64,000 nt of DNA. Source: an uncultured Chloroflexia bacterium. GTDB lineage: Bacteria > Chloroflexota > Dehalococcoidia > DSTF01 > WHTK01. The notes beneath the pieces are model-generated. The model was not told the DNA's origin and ran no database searches. It saw only the letters and a program-made list of their open reading frames with translations. The position numbers were made by a program, and so were the translations under genes. Within the stretch, counting starts at the first letter, position 1; every line of letters begins with the position of its first letter. The DNA lies in assembly GCA_963766645.1 (NCBI GenBank), contig CAVYAY010000001.1:531020-595019 (forward strand). The letters run 5' to 3'. This document shows, one piece after another, positions 54,309-64,000 of the stretch.

Positions 54309-57300
54309 GCCTTCAGCAGCCCCCGACGCCCCAGCGCCCGCTCCAGCGCCGGCTGCATCTTCATCTCCCGGAACTCTGCAATGGCGAAGTCGAGGTGCTC
54401 GATCGCGGCGTCGTGCTCGTTGGGGTATTGGTCGAGGAGGAGCTCCGCGAGGCCAAGCCGGATCAACGCCGCTTCCGGCCGGAAACGAATCTTGAGGCAT
54501 GCTTCGAGCCCGGCCTGATAGTACTCAATGGCTTTCTCTGATTCGCCCAGGAAGGCTGCGCCGGCACCGAGGCGGCGCCCAACCGACGATGAGTCAAGCC
54601 ACCAGCCGGCAAATAAGAACGGCGTCAGCCTCTGCATTAACCCGGCGACCATTTCCCGGTCGCCAACGAGAGTCGCGACCTCAAGCAGACTGCTTAGCAC
54701 GGCACCGGCGGATTCATCGTCTGGGTCTAATGGTGTTTCAAAGCGCGCCAGAATCTCGCGGGCCTCGTCAAACCGGCCCATCTCTGCCAGAAGGACAGCT
54801 CGGGCGGACTGCATTGGCCGGCTGGAGTCCTCACGGTAGGTCAGGCACTCCTCCTTATAGCCGAGGAGATCCAGGATTCGGATGACCGCCCAGGAACCAC
54901 CCGAGGGCGCGGCTGCCTGCTCGGAGTCGGCGATGCCCATAGCTCTCGCGGCGGACCCTGCCGTCTCGAGTTTCCCATCCAAAAGGTCCAGCACAAACAT
55001 CGACCAGGTGGTCCTGTAACCGAGCGAAACGTCTCGCGTGCGTTCTGCAAGTGCCTTCATCTCCGCCAACGACTGCTCCGCTCTTGCTCGGTCTCCGAGT
55101 TCGAGCAAGAGGCTGGTTGCCAGGCTCTGCAGCGCGTCCGCAGTGACCTTCGCGCTGACGCCTTCACGAGGTCGCTGCCAGTATTCCTCAACCAGGTCGT
55201 AGAGTGCTTCACGGTCTTGGAGCGCGCGTAGGTTGCGAAACGCCCAGCCGGCCGCGACAGCAAACGCTTTGTTGTCCCTGCTGGCTCGGGCAGATTCGAT
55301 GGCGCGCCTCAAGAAGACGTGACCCTCCTTGGGGCGGACTGTGAAGAGGAGGCGCAGTCCCTCGTAGACGTCGGCGTAAACCCGTTCCACCGTCCCCGCC
55401 CTAGAGTGCGTATTCGCGCGTTTGCACCACAGGTCGAACTCTGCCGAACGGTACATGACGGGGCCGGCAAACGTACGCTCCAATGCCTCGAGCGTCAGGA
55501 TCGAAATGCGGGCCAACTGCGCCTGGTCTCCGGTCGCCTCGGCGAGCTTGAACGCCTCGGGCATCACGACATCCACCACCCGCCGCGGCTCACCCAGCGG
55601 CATCAATGCCTCCGAAAGCGCCACCAGTAGGTCACAACGCTTCAGCTTGTCCTCCGGGTCCAGCACCTCCTGCACCTTGAGGGCCTGTTGCAGGTGGCGC
55701 TCGGCCTCGCCGTAATCGAAAACGTTTGTGGCGCGCGCCGCCGCCAGCTCGCCATACTCCACCGCCTTCTTGAGGTCTTCGGGCGTCGAAGAGTACGAGT
55801 AGTGCTCCGCCAGCTCGGCCGCGTGCTCTTCGAGCCGGCCGCCCGTAGACCGCCTCGAGCGCTCGCGCCACCTGCTGGTGTAGCCGGATGCGCCGCGGCG
55901 CGATCGTCTCCTCGTAGAGCGTCTGGCGGAAGAAGGCGTGCGCGAACCGATATGCCACCGCCGCGCCGACGCCGCTGCGCTCCTCGACGACCGCGCGCTC
56001 GACGGCCTCTTCCAAGCGCGCCGTAGATCTCCTCTTCCGGCAGCCCGGCGACCTGCTGCAGCACATCAAGCCTGAACTCGCGTCCCATCACAGCCGCGAT
56101 AGCGAGGACCTGGTTTGTCTTCTCGCTGAGGCGCGAAAGCCGTCTGCCGACCACATCGCGTAGGCCCTCCGGTATGCCGACACCTTCGCCACCCTGGGCA
56201 ACGTAGCGGTTGCCTTCCCGTACGACGATGCCTTCCTCGACCAGATAGCGCAGGACCTCCTGCACGAACAGCGGGTTGCCCTCGGTCTGGCGGTGCACGG
56301 CTTCGGCCTGACCCCAGGGCGTCGCCTGGCCGCGAATCGCTTCGTACATGCGATGCACCTCGTCGACGGTCAGGCCGCGCAGGGGGATGCGCGCGAAAGT
56401 GCCGACGCGGCGCAGCTCGCCCAACGTGGCGGAGAGCGGGTGGCTGCGGTCGACCTCGACGTCGCGGTATGTGCCGACGATGAGCAGCCGGGCGCCCTCC
56501 AGGTTGCGCGCGACGTGCAGCAGCAGATCCAGCGTGCCGCGGTCGGCCCAGTGCAGGTCCTCCAGCACGATGACCAGCGGCTGCACCGACGCCGCGTTGT
56601 GCAAGAACGTCGTGATGGCATTGAGCAGCCTCCAGCGGTCGTCCTCCGGGTCTGAAGCCCCGCGCAGTCCGACCTGGACGCGGTCTCTAACCTCGGACAC
56701 AATGCGCGCCACGTCGGCCGCACCGCTTCCCAGTTCGGAGCGCAGCGCCTCCGGGTCGCGGTCGAGGACGTAGCTGCGCATCGCCTCGACGAAGGCCAGG
56801 TAGGGCAGGCTCAGCGAGCCTTCCTCGTAGCAGTGACCGACGAGCAGGCGGCCGCCGCGCATTGAAGCGTACGTCGCGAGTTGCTCGCAAACCGTCGTCT
56901 TGCCGATGCCGGGCTCACCGACGACCATCACAAGCCCGCCTTGCCCGGAGACCGCGGCATCGTAGGCCTGTTGCATCTGCCGCAGCTCCGCCTCCCGCCC
57001 CACGAAAACCCGGCGGTACAGGGGATCTGCCCCGCGCGGTTCCGCAGGTTGTTCCACTGACCCCCCGGTTCCGCCTGCCAGATTGCTCGATTGGCCGATT
57101 GCTGCCAGCGCCTCGCGTACCTCAGTGGCAGATCCAGGGCGCTTAGTAGCGTCCTTCTCCAACAGGCGCAGGATTAGCGCCTCCAGCCCCGGCGGGCAGT
57201 CGGGCCGATGCCAGGTCGGCGCCACCGGCGGCGTGTTGAGGTGCTGCCCGATGATCGCCACGCTCTCGTCACCGACGAAGGGCGGCCTGCCACAGACCAT

Positions 57301-58206
57301 CTCATACAGCATCGCGCCGAGGCTGTAGAGGTCGGATTGAGGCGTCACCTCACCACCCATCGCCTGCTCCGGCGGCATGTAGGAAACGGTCCCCACCATC
57401 ATCCCCGCCTGCGTCAGCCTGCTGCGGTCCACCGCGACCGCGAGGCCGAAGTCGCCGATCATCGCCCGCCCGTCCTCCGCCAGCCAGACGTTCCCCGGCT
57501 TGAGGTCCCTATGGATGATGCCCTTCGAGTGTGAGAACTCGAGCCCCAGGCAGGTCTCCGTGGCGATCTTCACGGCCTGCTCGATCGAGAGCTTGTGCTC
57601 CGGGGCGTCCTCGATCACGCCCTCCACGTCGCCGCCGGGCAGCACCGGCAGGACGAGGTAGGGCTGGCCGTTCTCTTCACCGATGTCGTAGACGGTGACA
57701 ATGTGGGGGTGGGAACCGAGGCGTCCCATAGCCTGCGCCTCTCGGGTGACGCGGACTCGCGCTGCCTCGTCCAGGCCCTCGGTCTTGATCAGCGCGAAGG
57801 CGACGTCGCGGTCGAGCTGGGCGTCGTGGGCCAGGTAGACCTTCTTCTTGCCGCCCTCGCCGAGGAACTTGCTTACGGTGTAGCGGCCGTTGGCGAAGGA
57901 GGCGGGCTCGGACCGAGCCTCTGGTTCTGTACCCATCTGGGAAGCAGGCTTCCCGGCGTTTGCGCCGAGGCCACGCTCCGCTGCTGCGACAAGGGCACGC
58001 GCGTCGCCATTGTCTGGATCGAGCGTCAGGGCGTCGCTTGCCGACTGATGTACCTTTCGCCAATCACGGCCAACGACAGCTGCCTCCGCTTCGTCCAGGA
58101 GGCGGTCAATCTGTCGTTGGACTCGCTCGCTCGTCACTCTATCGCCCGTCACAGCATGTACTTTGTTGCCGGCTGCCATGGTCTTACGGGAGCGTGAGGG
58201 TGTCAA
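54305..58206 (-). pseudogene. Ser/Thr protein kinase - AAA/STAND ATPase - TPR regulator, spread over three frames (frameshifts near 56030 and 55860)
   Basis: Kinase motifs: FLGEGGKKKVYLAHD, HRDLKPGNVWL, DFGLA, SYMPPE. P-loop VVGEPGIGKTTV. Frame 2 has LEEAVERAVVEERSGVGAAVAYRFAHAFFRQTLYEE...EAVYG. Frame 3 has RLEEHAAELAEHYSYSS...VEYGELAAARATNVFDYGEAERHLQQAL plus TPRs running to LLKA. The span is 3902 nt. Confidence 0.75.
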
Positions 58207-58522
58207 CGCGACTTCGAAGGACAGAATGTTTGCTGACTGCGTCCAGGGTGTGGGTGCCAGTGTCCCGCCTCAAGTGCAACTTGCCGATGCTGCTTTGCGA
58301 GACTTCGAGGAATCCGGGGCGTCTTTTTGTCACGCGGCTCGCTGCGGCCGGCCTTCTGGCGGGCGTTGGGCTGGAGTGGGCGCTGCTGGTGGTGGGCGGC
58401 GGCGGCGGTGCGATGGGCGTTGGGGCCAGGCCGGCCGCCTGTGGGAGATGATCGGCGGTCCGCTGGTGGCGCATACTGACCGGCACAGGCTCAGGGGGAT
58501 CACAGCAAACAGGAGGGCGAAA

Positions 58523-58825
58523 ATGCTACATATTGCAGTATTGACTCACGGCCCGGACACGTGCGCTGCCGGCCATGCCGAGATTGGCGAACTTGCCCGC
58601 AACGGCTTTGGCAAGATGGAAGAGAGCGCCGGCAAGCTCGGGATCAAGACGCAGGGCTTCTGGGTCGACGCGCCCGGCCACACCTTCTTCATGCTGCTCG
58701 ATGCGCCGCACGCCCACGCTGTTAACCAGCTCATGATCGAAACCCAGGCTTTCCTCTGGAACACGATCGAAATTCACCCGGTGATCACTTCGGAAGAGGC
58801 GATGCCGCTCACGGCCCGGGGTTAG
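58523..58825 (+). CDS. Small hypothetical protein (100 aa)
   Basis: AGGAGGG lies 5 nt upstream of ATG 58523. MLHIAVLTHGPDTCAAGHAEIGELARNGFGKMEE... No family was recognised with confidence. Confidence 0.5.
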   Translation: MLHIAVLTHGPDTCAAGHAEIGELARNGFGKMEESAGKLGIKTQGFWVDAPGHTFFMLLDAPHAHAVNQLMIETQAFLWNTIEIHPVITSEEAMPLTARG

Positions 58826-58953
58826 CGAAAGGGGCAACGCATCGCCGGGGGCCGGTTAAGGCAGCTTCAGGCGCGAGGGCCCACGGCGTAGCCGTGTTCG
58901 AGAACGTCTCGTTTCGAACATGCCCTAGGCCGGGCCCGGCGGCGGTTGAGCCC

Positions 58954-59451
58954 TCAGCTCACTGCTTGCTTCAGGAGCGCGGCGATCCTTGCCTCGGCGG
59001 CGGCGGTCAACTTGGTCAGCGCGAAGGCGGTGGGCCACAAGGCGCCATCGTCGAGGTTCGCCTTGTCACTGAAACCGAACGTTGCGTACCGCGTCTTGAA
59101 CTTGTGGGCGCTCTGGAAGAAGCAGACGACATCGCCGTCTCGGGCATAGGCGGGCATTCCGTACCAGGTCCTCGGCGAGAGGGCCGGCGCGCTGGCTTTG
59201 ACGATGGCATGGAGCCGCTCGGCCATGCCGCGATCGGGTTGCGGCATCTCGGCGATCTTCGCGAGCAGATCGCTTTCGCCGTCCGCCTTGCTCGCTCGCG
59301 GGCCGCGGCGCGCAGCAGCTCTGAGCTCCCGGGCGCGCTGCTGCATCGCGTCTCGTTCGTCGGCGGTGAAGCCCGCGGCCGTCCTCTCGACGGCTGTGGC
59401 GCTCTGGGCGGGCTGCCCCGTTGCCTTCTTTGCGGGTTTCCTGTCAGCCAT
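58954..59451 (-). CDS. DUF1801/YdhG-like protein
   Basis: FTADERDAMQQRARELRAAARRG...MPQPDRGMAERLHAIV...WYGMPAYARDGDVVCFFQSAHKFKTRYATFGF is a pattern common in actinobacterial hypothetical proteins. Confidence 0.5.
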   Translation of the reverse strand: MADRKPAKKATGQPAQSATAVERTAAGFTADERDAMQQRARELRAAARRGPRASKADGESDLLAKIAEMPQPDRGMAERLHAIVKASAPALSPRTWYGMPAYARDGDVVCFFQSAHKFKTRYATFGFSDKANLDDGALWPTAFALTKLTAAAEARIAALLKQAVS

Positions 59452-59528
59452 AGCTTTCTGTCCTCGTTGCCGCTCGTCATGTCCCGATCTGTCAGGCGGA
59501 ACCGCAGATCGATTGTCGTAGTGATCGA

Positions 59529-59765
59529 TCAGTCCTCGGGAAGGGCAGCAAAATCACGCCTGGTTCTGCGATACCACCCCATTCCTGCGATGGGATTTCT
59601 CCAGCGACCTTTCATTGCCTTCAAGGCGCTTTCGTGGGTTGTATCACCGGTTGCGACCACTTCCTTGAGATGGCGGTCTTGCGCCTTTATGACCTCATCG
59701 GCGGTATTGCCCTGGAGCGCAAAGTCGCACGGTCCACCCAATTGTTTACATGTCATCGTCTTCAA
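59529..59765 (-). CDS. DUF1059-like small protein
   Basis: MKTMTCKQLGGPCDFALQGNTADEVIKAQDRHLKE... Confidence 0.55.
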   Translation of the reverse strand: MKTMTCKQLGGPCDFALQGNTADEVIKAQDRHLKEVVATGDTTHESALKAMKGRWRNPIAGMGWYRRTRRDFAALPED

Positions 59766-59861
59766 CGGTTCGCCTCCCTCCTCCTGATTCGGCCGTCAAC
59801 CGGGAGCCGTCTTCGCGGTCCCCGCCGGAGTCGCCTGTCGCGCACAACGGCAGTGTGTTCG

Positions 59862-60224
59862 CTACCAGTATGACTCGGCGGGCCGGACCTCGACCGCGCC
59901 ACCGAGACGCGATGCTGGAACCCGTCCGGCCAATTCGATTGCGGCGTCCAGCGAGTCTGCTTCGAAGATCAGGTAGCCCCCGACCGCTCGCGTGGCGTCA
60001 ACGAAGGGACCAGCGCTCGCAACGACATGCCCGTCCTCCACTCGCACGGTGGTTGCCTTCTGCGGCAGCCCCAGAGGCAGCCCGGGAGTGACGCCCGGGG
60101 TGTGGTTTATCGCGTTGTAGTCAGCGTATACCGCCTGCTGTTCGTCCTCCGAGAGAGTCGTCCAGGCTTCGGGTGAGCTGGGAAGAGGCGTAGTTCCCAG
60201 ATAGATCAGCATGACAAATTTCAT
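59862..60224 (-). CDS. YciI (DGPF-domain) family protein
   Basis: MKFVMLIY...SEDEQQAVYADY...GPFVDATRAVGGYLIFEADSLDAAIELAGRVP. Confidence 0.7.
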   Translation of the reverse strand: MKFVMLIYLGTTPLPSSPEAWTTLSEDEQQAVYADYNAINHTPGVTPGLPLGLPQKATTVRVEDGHVVASAGPFVDATRAVGGYLIFEADSLDAAIELAGRVPASRLGGAVEVRPAESYW

Positions 60225-60424
60225 CGTCGTTCTCCTCTGCACTCAAACTTTGCTAGCAGCGATAAGGGGCCGGTTTGGCCGGGAGTCAGCCCTGCCAAGA
60301 CACCTGCGTTAACACGACCGGTTGCAGGTCAGCTGCTCTTCGTGCTTCTAGTCTCCTTTCTGTCACGTTAGCCTTGTGTGGTTCGTCAACCTCTATGACG
60401 AAACCAAACGGGAGAATGTGACCG

Positions 60425-61302
60425 ATGGACGGCGAATTGCTGGCGGAGCGCTTCGAGGCCGACCGCACGCGATTGCAGGCGGTGGCCTATCGGCTGCTCG
60501 GCTCGGCCAGCGAGGCCGACGACGCGGTGCAGGAGGCCTGGCTGCGGCTGAGCCGTTCCGACACCAGTGAAGTGGAGAACCTGAGCGGCTGGCTGACGAC
60601 GGTCGTGGCGCGGGTGTGTCTGGACATGCTGCGCTCGCGCCGGTCGCGGCGGGAGGAGCCGCTGGCGCCGGACGGCGAATCGATTCCGGACGCTGCCGAT
60701 CCGGAGCGCGAGGCGATGCTGGCGGAGTCGGTCGGGCTGGCCATGCTGGCGGTGCTCCAGCGCCTGGCGCCGGCCGAGCGCGTGGCGTTCGTGCTGCACG
60801 ACGTCTTCGGCGTGTCCTTCGAGGAGATTGCCGGCATCGTCGGCCGCTCGCCTGTGGCCGCCCGTCAGCTCGCCAGCCGAGGCCGCCGGCGGGTGCAGGG
60901 CGCGTCGGAGGATGGCCGCGCGGCGGACGTGGCGCGACAGCGGGACATCGTGGAGGCGTTCTTCAGGGCCTCGCGCGGCGGCGACTTTCAGGCGCTGCTG
61001 GCGGTGCTCGATCCGGACGTCGCGCTGCGACGTTGACGAGGCGGCGCTGCGGATGGGCGTGCGGAGCGGTTGGCTTACGTCGGAGCTGCATGGAGCAGAG
61101 GCGGTGGCGCGAGCAGTTCACCGGCCAGGCACAGGCCGCGCAGCTGGCGCTGATCGATGGTGTGCCGGGCGCGGTGTGGGCCACCGGCGGCATACCGCGA
61201 GTGGTGTTTGGGTTCACGATCCGGAACGGCAAGGTGGTCGAGATCGAGCTGGCGGCTGATACCGAGCGGCTCAGCCGGCTGAAGATCGAGATTCTGTCGT
61301 AG
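60425..61302 (+). pseudogene. ECF-type sigma-70 factor with a SnoaL-like C-terminal extension (SigJ/ECF41-like); two frameshifts near 61031 and 61116
   Basis: Region 2: LQAVAYRLLGSASEADDAVQEAWLRL. Region 4: ERVAFVLHDVFGVSFEEIAGIVGRSPVAARQLASRGRRRV. The tail continues in two other frames (VDEAALRMGVRSGWLTSELHGAEAVARA, then FTGQAQAAQLALIDGVPGAVWATGG...VEIELAADTERL). The span is 878 nt. Confidence 0.7.
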
Positions 61303-61747
61303 CGCCCGACCCAGATTGGTGGGCCTGTGGATCCGCATGTTCATGCCTCCACCACTGCTCGTGCCTCGCGGACCAACGATCCGCTCAACAATCACCTACC
61401 GCGTCTTTGTATACCTCAAATTGCCTCAACACATGATCGCACACGGGCCGCCACAACCTGCCTCTGTAGGTCACTCAAAGTCACATGATTCACCTCGTGG
61501 AGCCTTCCTGACCCCAGCGTCTGGTAACACCATCGGACGATAGTGTCAGGCCTAGTTTCGTTCGAACTGGGAGATGACCAGACGGCGCTCTCGCCTGAGC
61601 CGTTGGCCAGACATCTCCGATTCTGAGCGAGTCGAAGCATTGCTCGGAAACCTATGTCACAGGCTCCCCTAACTCGATTCCCACCCGTCCCATAGCTAGT
61701 TCTCCATTGCTGATGTATCTTTCGTCTGTTCATTTTCACGGCTTGAT

Positions 61748-63094
61748 ATGCGCACGTTAGCTGGAGGTATTTCCCTCATGAGTCAACGACTGTTCGATTC
61801 AGGGCGGCAGGGTTCTTCGCGCCTGAGATGGCTCCTTATCGGAGTTGCCGCAACGATGGCCGTCCTTGGGGCGGCACAATTGGCCGGGGCGACCAGTTCC
61901 GTCGCCACCATTAGAGGATGCTATGGTCCCCTTGCGGGCAATCTCCGCATACTCGATTCGCCGTCGAAGCACTGCACCGTTTTGGAACAGGAAATCTCTT
62001 GGGCGAAGGAGGGTCAGCCTGGCCCCGCAGGCCCACAGGGAGAAAACGGCACCAATGGCGCGCCCGGTGTTCCGGGACAGCCAGGTCCCAAGGGCGATAA
62101 GGGAGACACAGGGGCCACAGGGCCCCAAGGTGACCCTGGCCCGCAGGGCATTCCCGGTCCCAAAGGCGACGAAGGAGATTCAGCCGGCGGAGGCCTGGCC
62201 GCGCTCGATGACCTTGATGGATTGCCGTGTGACGGCCCCGGCCACGTCGCGCTCAACTACGGACCCAATGGCGAAGTAATGCTGCTCTGTGTCGGCGGCG
62301 GCGCCGGGAACATCGATGGCGACGGCGACGGCTACACTCCCAACGGCGGCGACTGTGACGATGCCGACCCTACGCGAAACCCTAGCGCGTCGGATGATCC
62401 CAGCACCCCCGACGGTATCGACAACGACTGCGACGGCCTCGTCGACGGGATCATCCCAAATTGTGACGACGGCAACCCTGGAACCATTGATTCGTACGAC
62501 GTCGTTACGGGGAGTTGCATATACTCGTTCGTGCCCGATGGCACTCCTTGCAACGACGGCGACCCGTTAACAATCAACGATTCCTACCTCTACGGTATCT
62601 GCCAGGGCGGCACGCCGGTACTCGATTTCGACGTCGACGGTTATACCGTAGCGGCAGGCGACTGCGACGATGCAGACGCCACCGTCTACCCTGGTGCGCC
62701 GGAACTGCCGGACGGCAAGGACAACGACTGTGACCAGCAGATCGATGAAGGAACGGGTCTCGCTACTGCGATCGACATGGGAGCGCTGCCATGTGACGAC
62801 GCTGAGATCTACCAAATCAGCGGGCAGATACAAGCACCGGGGCAGGTCATTGTCTACAGGTTCTATGTGACTGAGCAGTTCGGTTGCCAATTTGACGCCG
62901 TCGCGCACCTGAACGGCGACCCCGGAATCGTCTTCGATTTGCAAATGGACTTCGACGGCATCCTTTACCAGGACCAGATCACGTTGAACGAATCAAAGGG
63001 GAACACCTTCTTGGATGACTCCGGCTACGCCTACATCTGGGTACACGGAGTCGGGGCAGCTACCGGCGGGTTCACCTTGATGGGCCATTGGTAA
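61748..63094 (+). CDS. Secreted collagen-like (Gly-X-Y) repeat protein with two Asp/Cys-rich 'DCDD...DNDCDG' putative metal-binding motifs
   Basis: Signal-like [100 protein letters not shown]...[13 protein letters not shown] and [38 protein letters not shown]. Confidence 0.7.
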   Translation: MRTLAGGISLMSQRLFDSGRQGSSRLRWLLIGVAATMAVLGAAQLAGATSSVATIRGCYGPLAGNLRILDSPSKHCTVLEQEISWAKEGQPGPAGPQGENGTNGAPGVPGQPGPKGDKGDTGATGPQGDPGPQGIPGPKGDEGDSAGGGLAALDDLDGLPCDGPGHVALNYGPNGEVMLLCVGGGAGNIDGDGDGYTPNGGDCDDADPTRNPSASDDPSTPDGIDNDCDGLVDGIIPNCDDGNPGTIDSYDVVTGSCIYSFVPDGTPCNDGDPLTINDSYLYGICQGGTPVLDFDVDGYTVAAGDCDDADATVYPGAPELPDGKDNDCDQQIDEGTGLATAIDMGALPCDDAEIYQISGQIQAPGQVIVYRFYVTEQFGCQFDAVAHLNGDPGIVFDLQMDFDGILYQDQITLNESKGNTFLDDSGYAYIWVHGVGAATGGFTLMGHW

Positions 63095-63619
63095 TGCGTC
63101 GCCCACAGTCGTAATTTCTTCGGGCCCGGGCTTGAACCGGGCCCTTTGATTCGAGTCTCAAAAAGCCTCCGCTGAACGCCGCAGTCTGGACACGCACCAG
63201 CGTCGCTACCAACGCGACGGCTCAAGACCATCCCGATCCTGCTCGAGGCGGATCGCCGAGCAGTCCGAAATAGGCTAGCGCCGCGATCTCCAGCGCCCTG
63301 ACTCGAAGCGCGGAAAGCACTCCTGCTTGACCGACGCCCATCTCCCGGCTGCGAAGCCCTCGCCCTTGATAGGCGCCCACCGACGTGGCTGCGGACGCCT
63401 CGATGGCGGCCGCTTCGCTCCTGACTCGAACCCGTGTTGCCATGATCTGCTCTCCTTTCAAACCCACGGCTTTGCTGCAATCGTTTACCGATCTCACGGT
63501 AGGTTCGAGGCGGATTGGTTCACATGACCACGGCTGGCTGTTTTGCGACGCTAGGATTGGCCATCTTGGGCTGAAGGGCATGCCATGACGCCGGCTGACG
63601 CTATGGCTGGATAGTGTGC

Positions 63620-64000
63620 CTATGCCTTCAGAAGCCCCCTGCGCCCAAGGGCTCGCTCCAGCGCCGGCTGCATCTTCATCTCCTGGAACTCGGCGATGGC
63701 AAAGTCGAGGTGCTCGATGGCGGCGCCGTGCTCGTCGGGGTAGTGGTCGAGGAGCACCTCAGCGAGGCCGAGGTGGCTCAGCGCAAGCTCGGCGCGCATC
63801 CGAAACGTGTCACAATCCTCCAAGGCCTGCTCATAATAGTCCCGCGCTTTGGAGGGCTCTGCCAGCAATGCAGTTATGTCGCCAAACTGGCGTGCGCTGG
63901 AGATATGCCAGATGGGCCCGCCGAGGAATCGCTCGTCCGAAACGTCAGGCATTCTGGCACGGGCCAGGCGCACAGAATCGACATCACCCACTCGCATAGA
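63620..64000 (-). CDS. C-terminal part of a second TPR regulator paralog; the gene runs off the right window edge
   Basis: ...ALSHLGLAEVLLDHYPDEHGAAIEHLDFAIAEFQEMKMQPALERALGRRGLLKA-stop. Near-identical to the tail of the gene ending at 54305. Confidence 0.7.
   Translation of the reverse strand, partial: SMRVGDVDSVRLARARMPDVSDERFLGGPIWHISSARQFGDITALLAEPSKARDYYEQALEDCDTFRMRAELALSHLGLAEVLLDHYPDEHGAAIEHLDFAIAEFQEMKMQPALERALGRRGLLKA

Noticed and set aside
63100-63600. ORFs 63031..63480(-) and 63222..63581(-) as genes.
   Set aside because: No recognisable motifs. The two overlap each other and have shadow-ORF-like composition. One stretch (VLSALRVRALEIAALAYFGLLGD) might be a fragment of a regulator, but this cannot be supported.
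1-64000. A scan for CRISPR arrays, rRNA, IS elements/transposases, integrases, phage genes and toxin-antitoxin pairs.
   Set aside because: No regularly spaced short repeats, no rRNA-like conserved strings, and no DDE/tyrosine-recombinase motifs were recognised in any track ORF. Only an orphan HicB-like gene (40027..40215) without HicA was found.

Overview
Visibly GC-rich bacterial chromosomal window (GC not computed). The gene content suggests a Chloroflexota-like (possibly marine SAR202-type) or actinobacterial genome, but that is inference only.

Layout:
- (i) 1-7325, minus strand: a lipid/head-group cluster. It holds two PaaK-like adenylating paralogs, a tandem GNAT, an LpxL-like acyltransferase, a nucleotidyltransferase::PLP-enzyme fusion and a CDP-alcohol phosphatidyltransferase.
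- (ii) about 7470-38341: a roughly 31 kb accessory catabolic block bracketed by a 27-nt exact direct repeat of the tRNA-Glu 3' end. It holds a fused Dpp/Opp permease plus a binding protein, 7 family-III CoA-transferase genes (8 domains), 2 crotonases, a CitE-like lyase, an alpha/beta hydrolase and a selB remnant.
- Within (ii), 28293-37708 is the most interesting part: a co-directional redox module. It has three genes with an in-frame TGA in a UxxC motif (two are U-G-S-C), each followed by a hairpin. Each is paired or fused with an uncharacterised 'GDGFP...AMAGC' protein. The module also encodes a NifU-like CPEC protein, TrxB, a thioredoxin-fold YyaL-like protein and a LysR regulator.
- (iii) 38266-45536: housekeeping genes (tRNA-Glu, tRNA-Gln, gltX, rluD, lspA and others).
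- (iv) 45761-52200: a cassette flanked by a ~110-nt direct repeat. It encodes three disordered proteins sharing a 'G(L/I)EKGN' motif, a ligase-like membrane protein and a second membrane protein.
- (v) 52419-64000: a kinase-AAA-TPR gene, an MBL hydrolase, small DUF genes, a SigJ-like sigma factor, a collagen-like protein and a second TPR gene.

No CRISPR array, rRNA, transposase or integrase was recognised. At least 11 reading-frame disruptions occur in otherwise well-conserved genes, so consensus indel error must be excluded before calling them pseudogenes.
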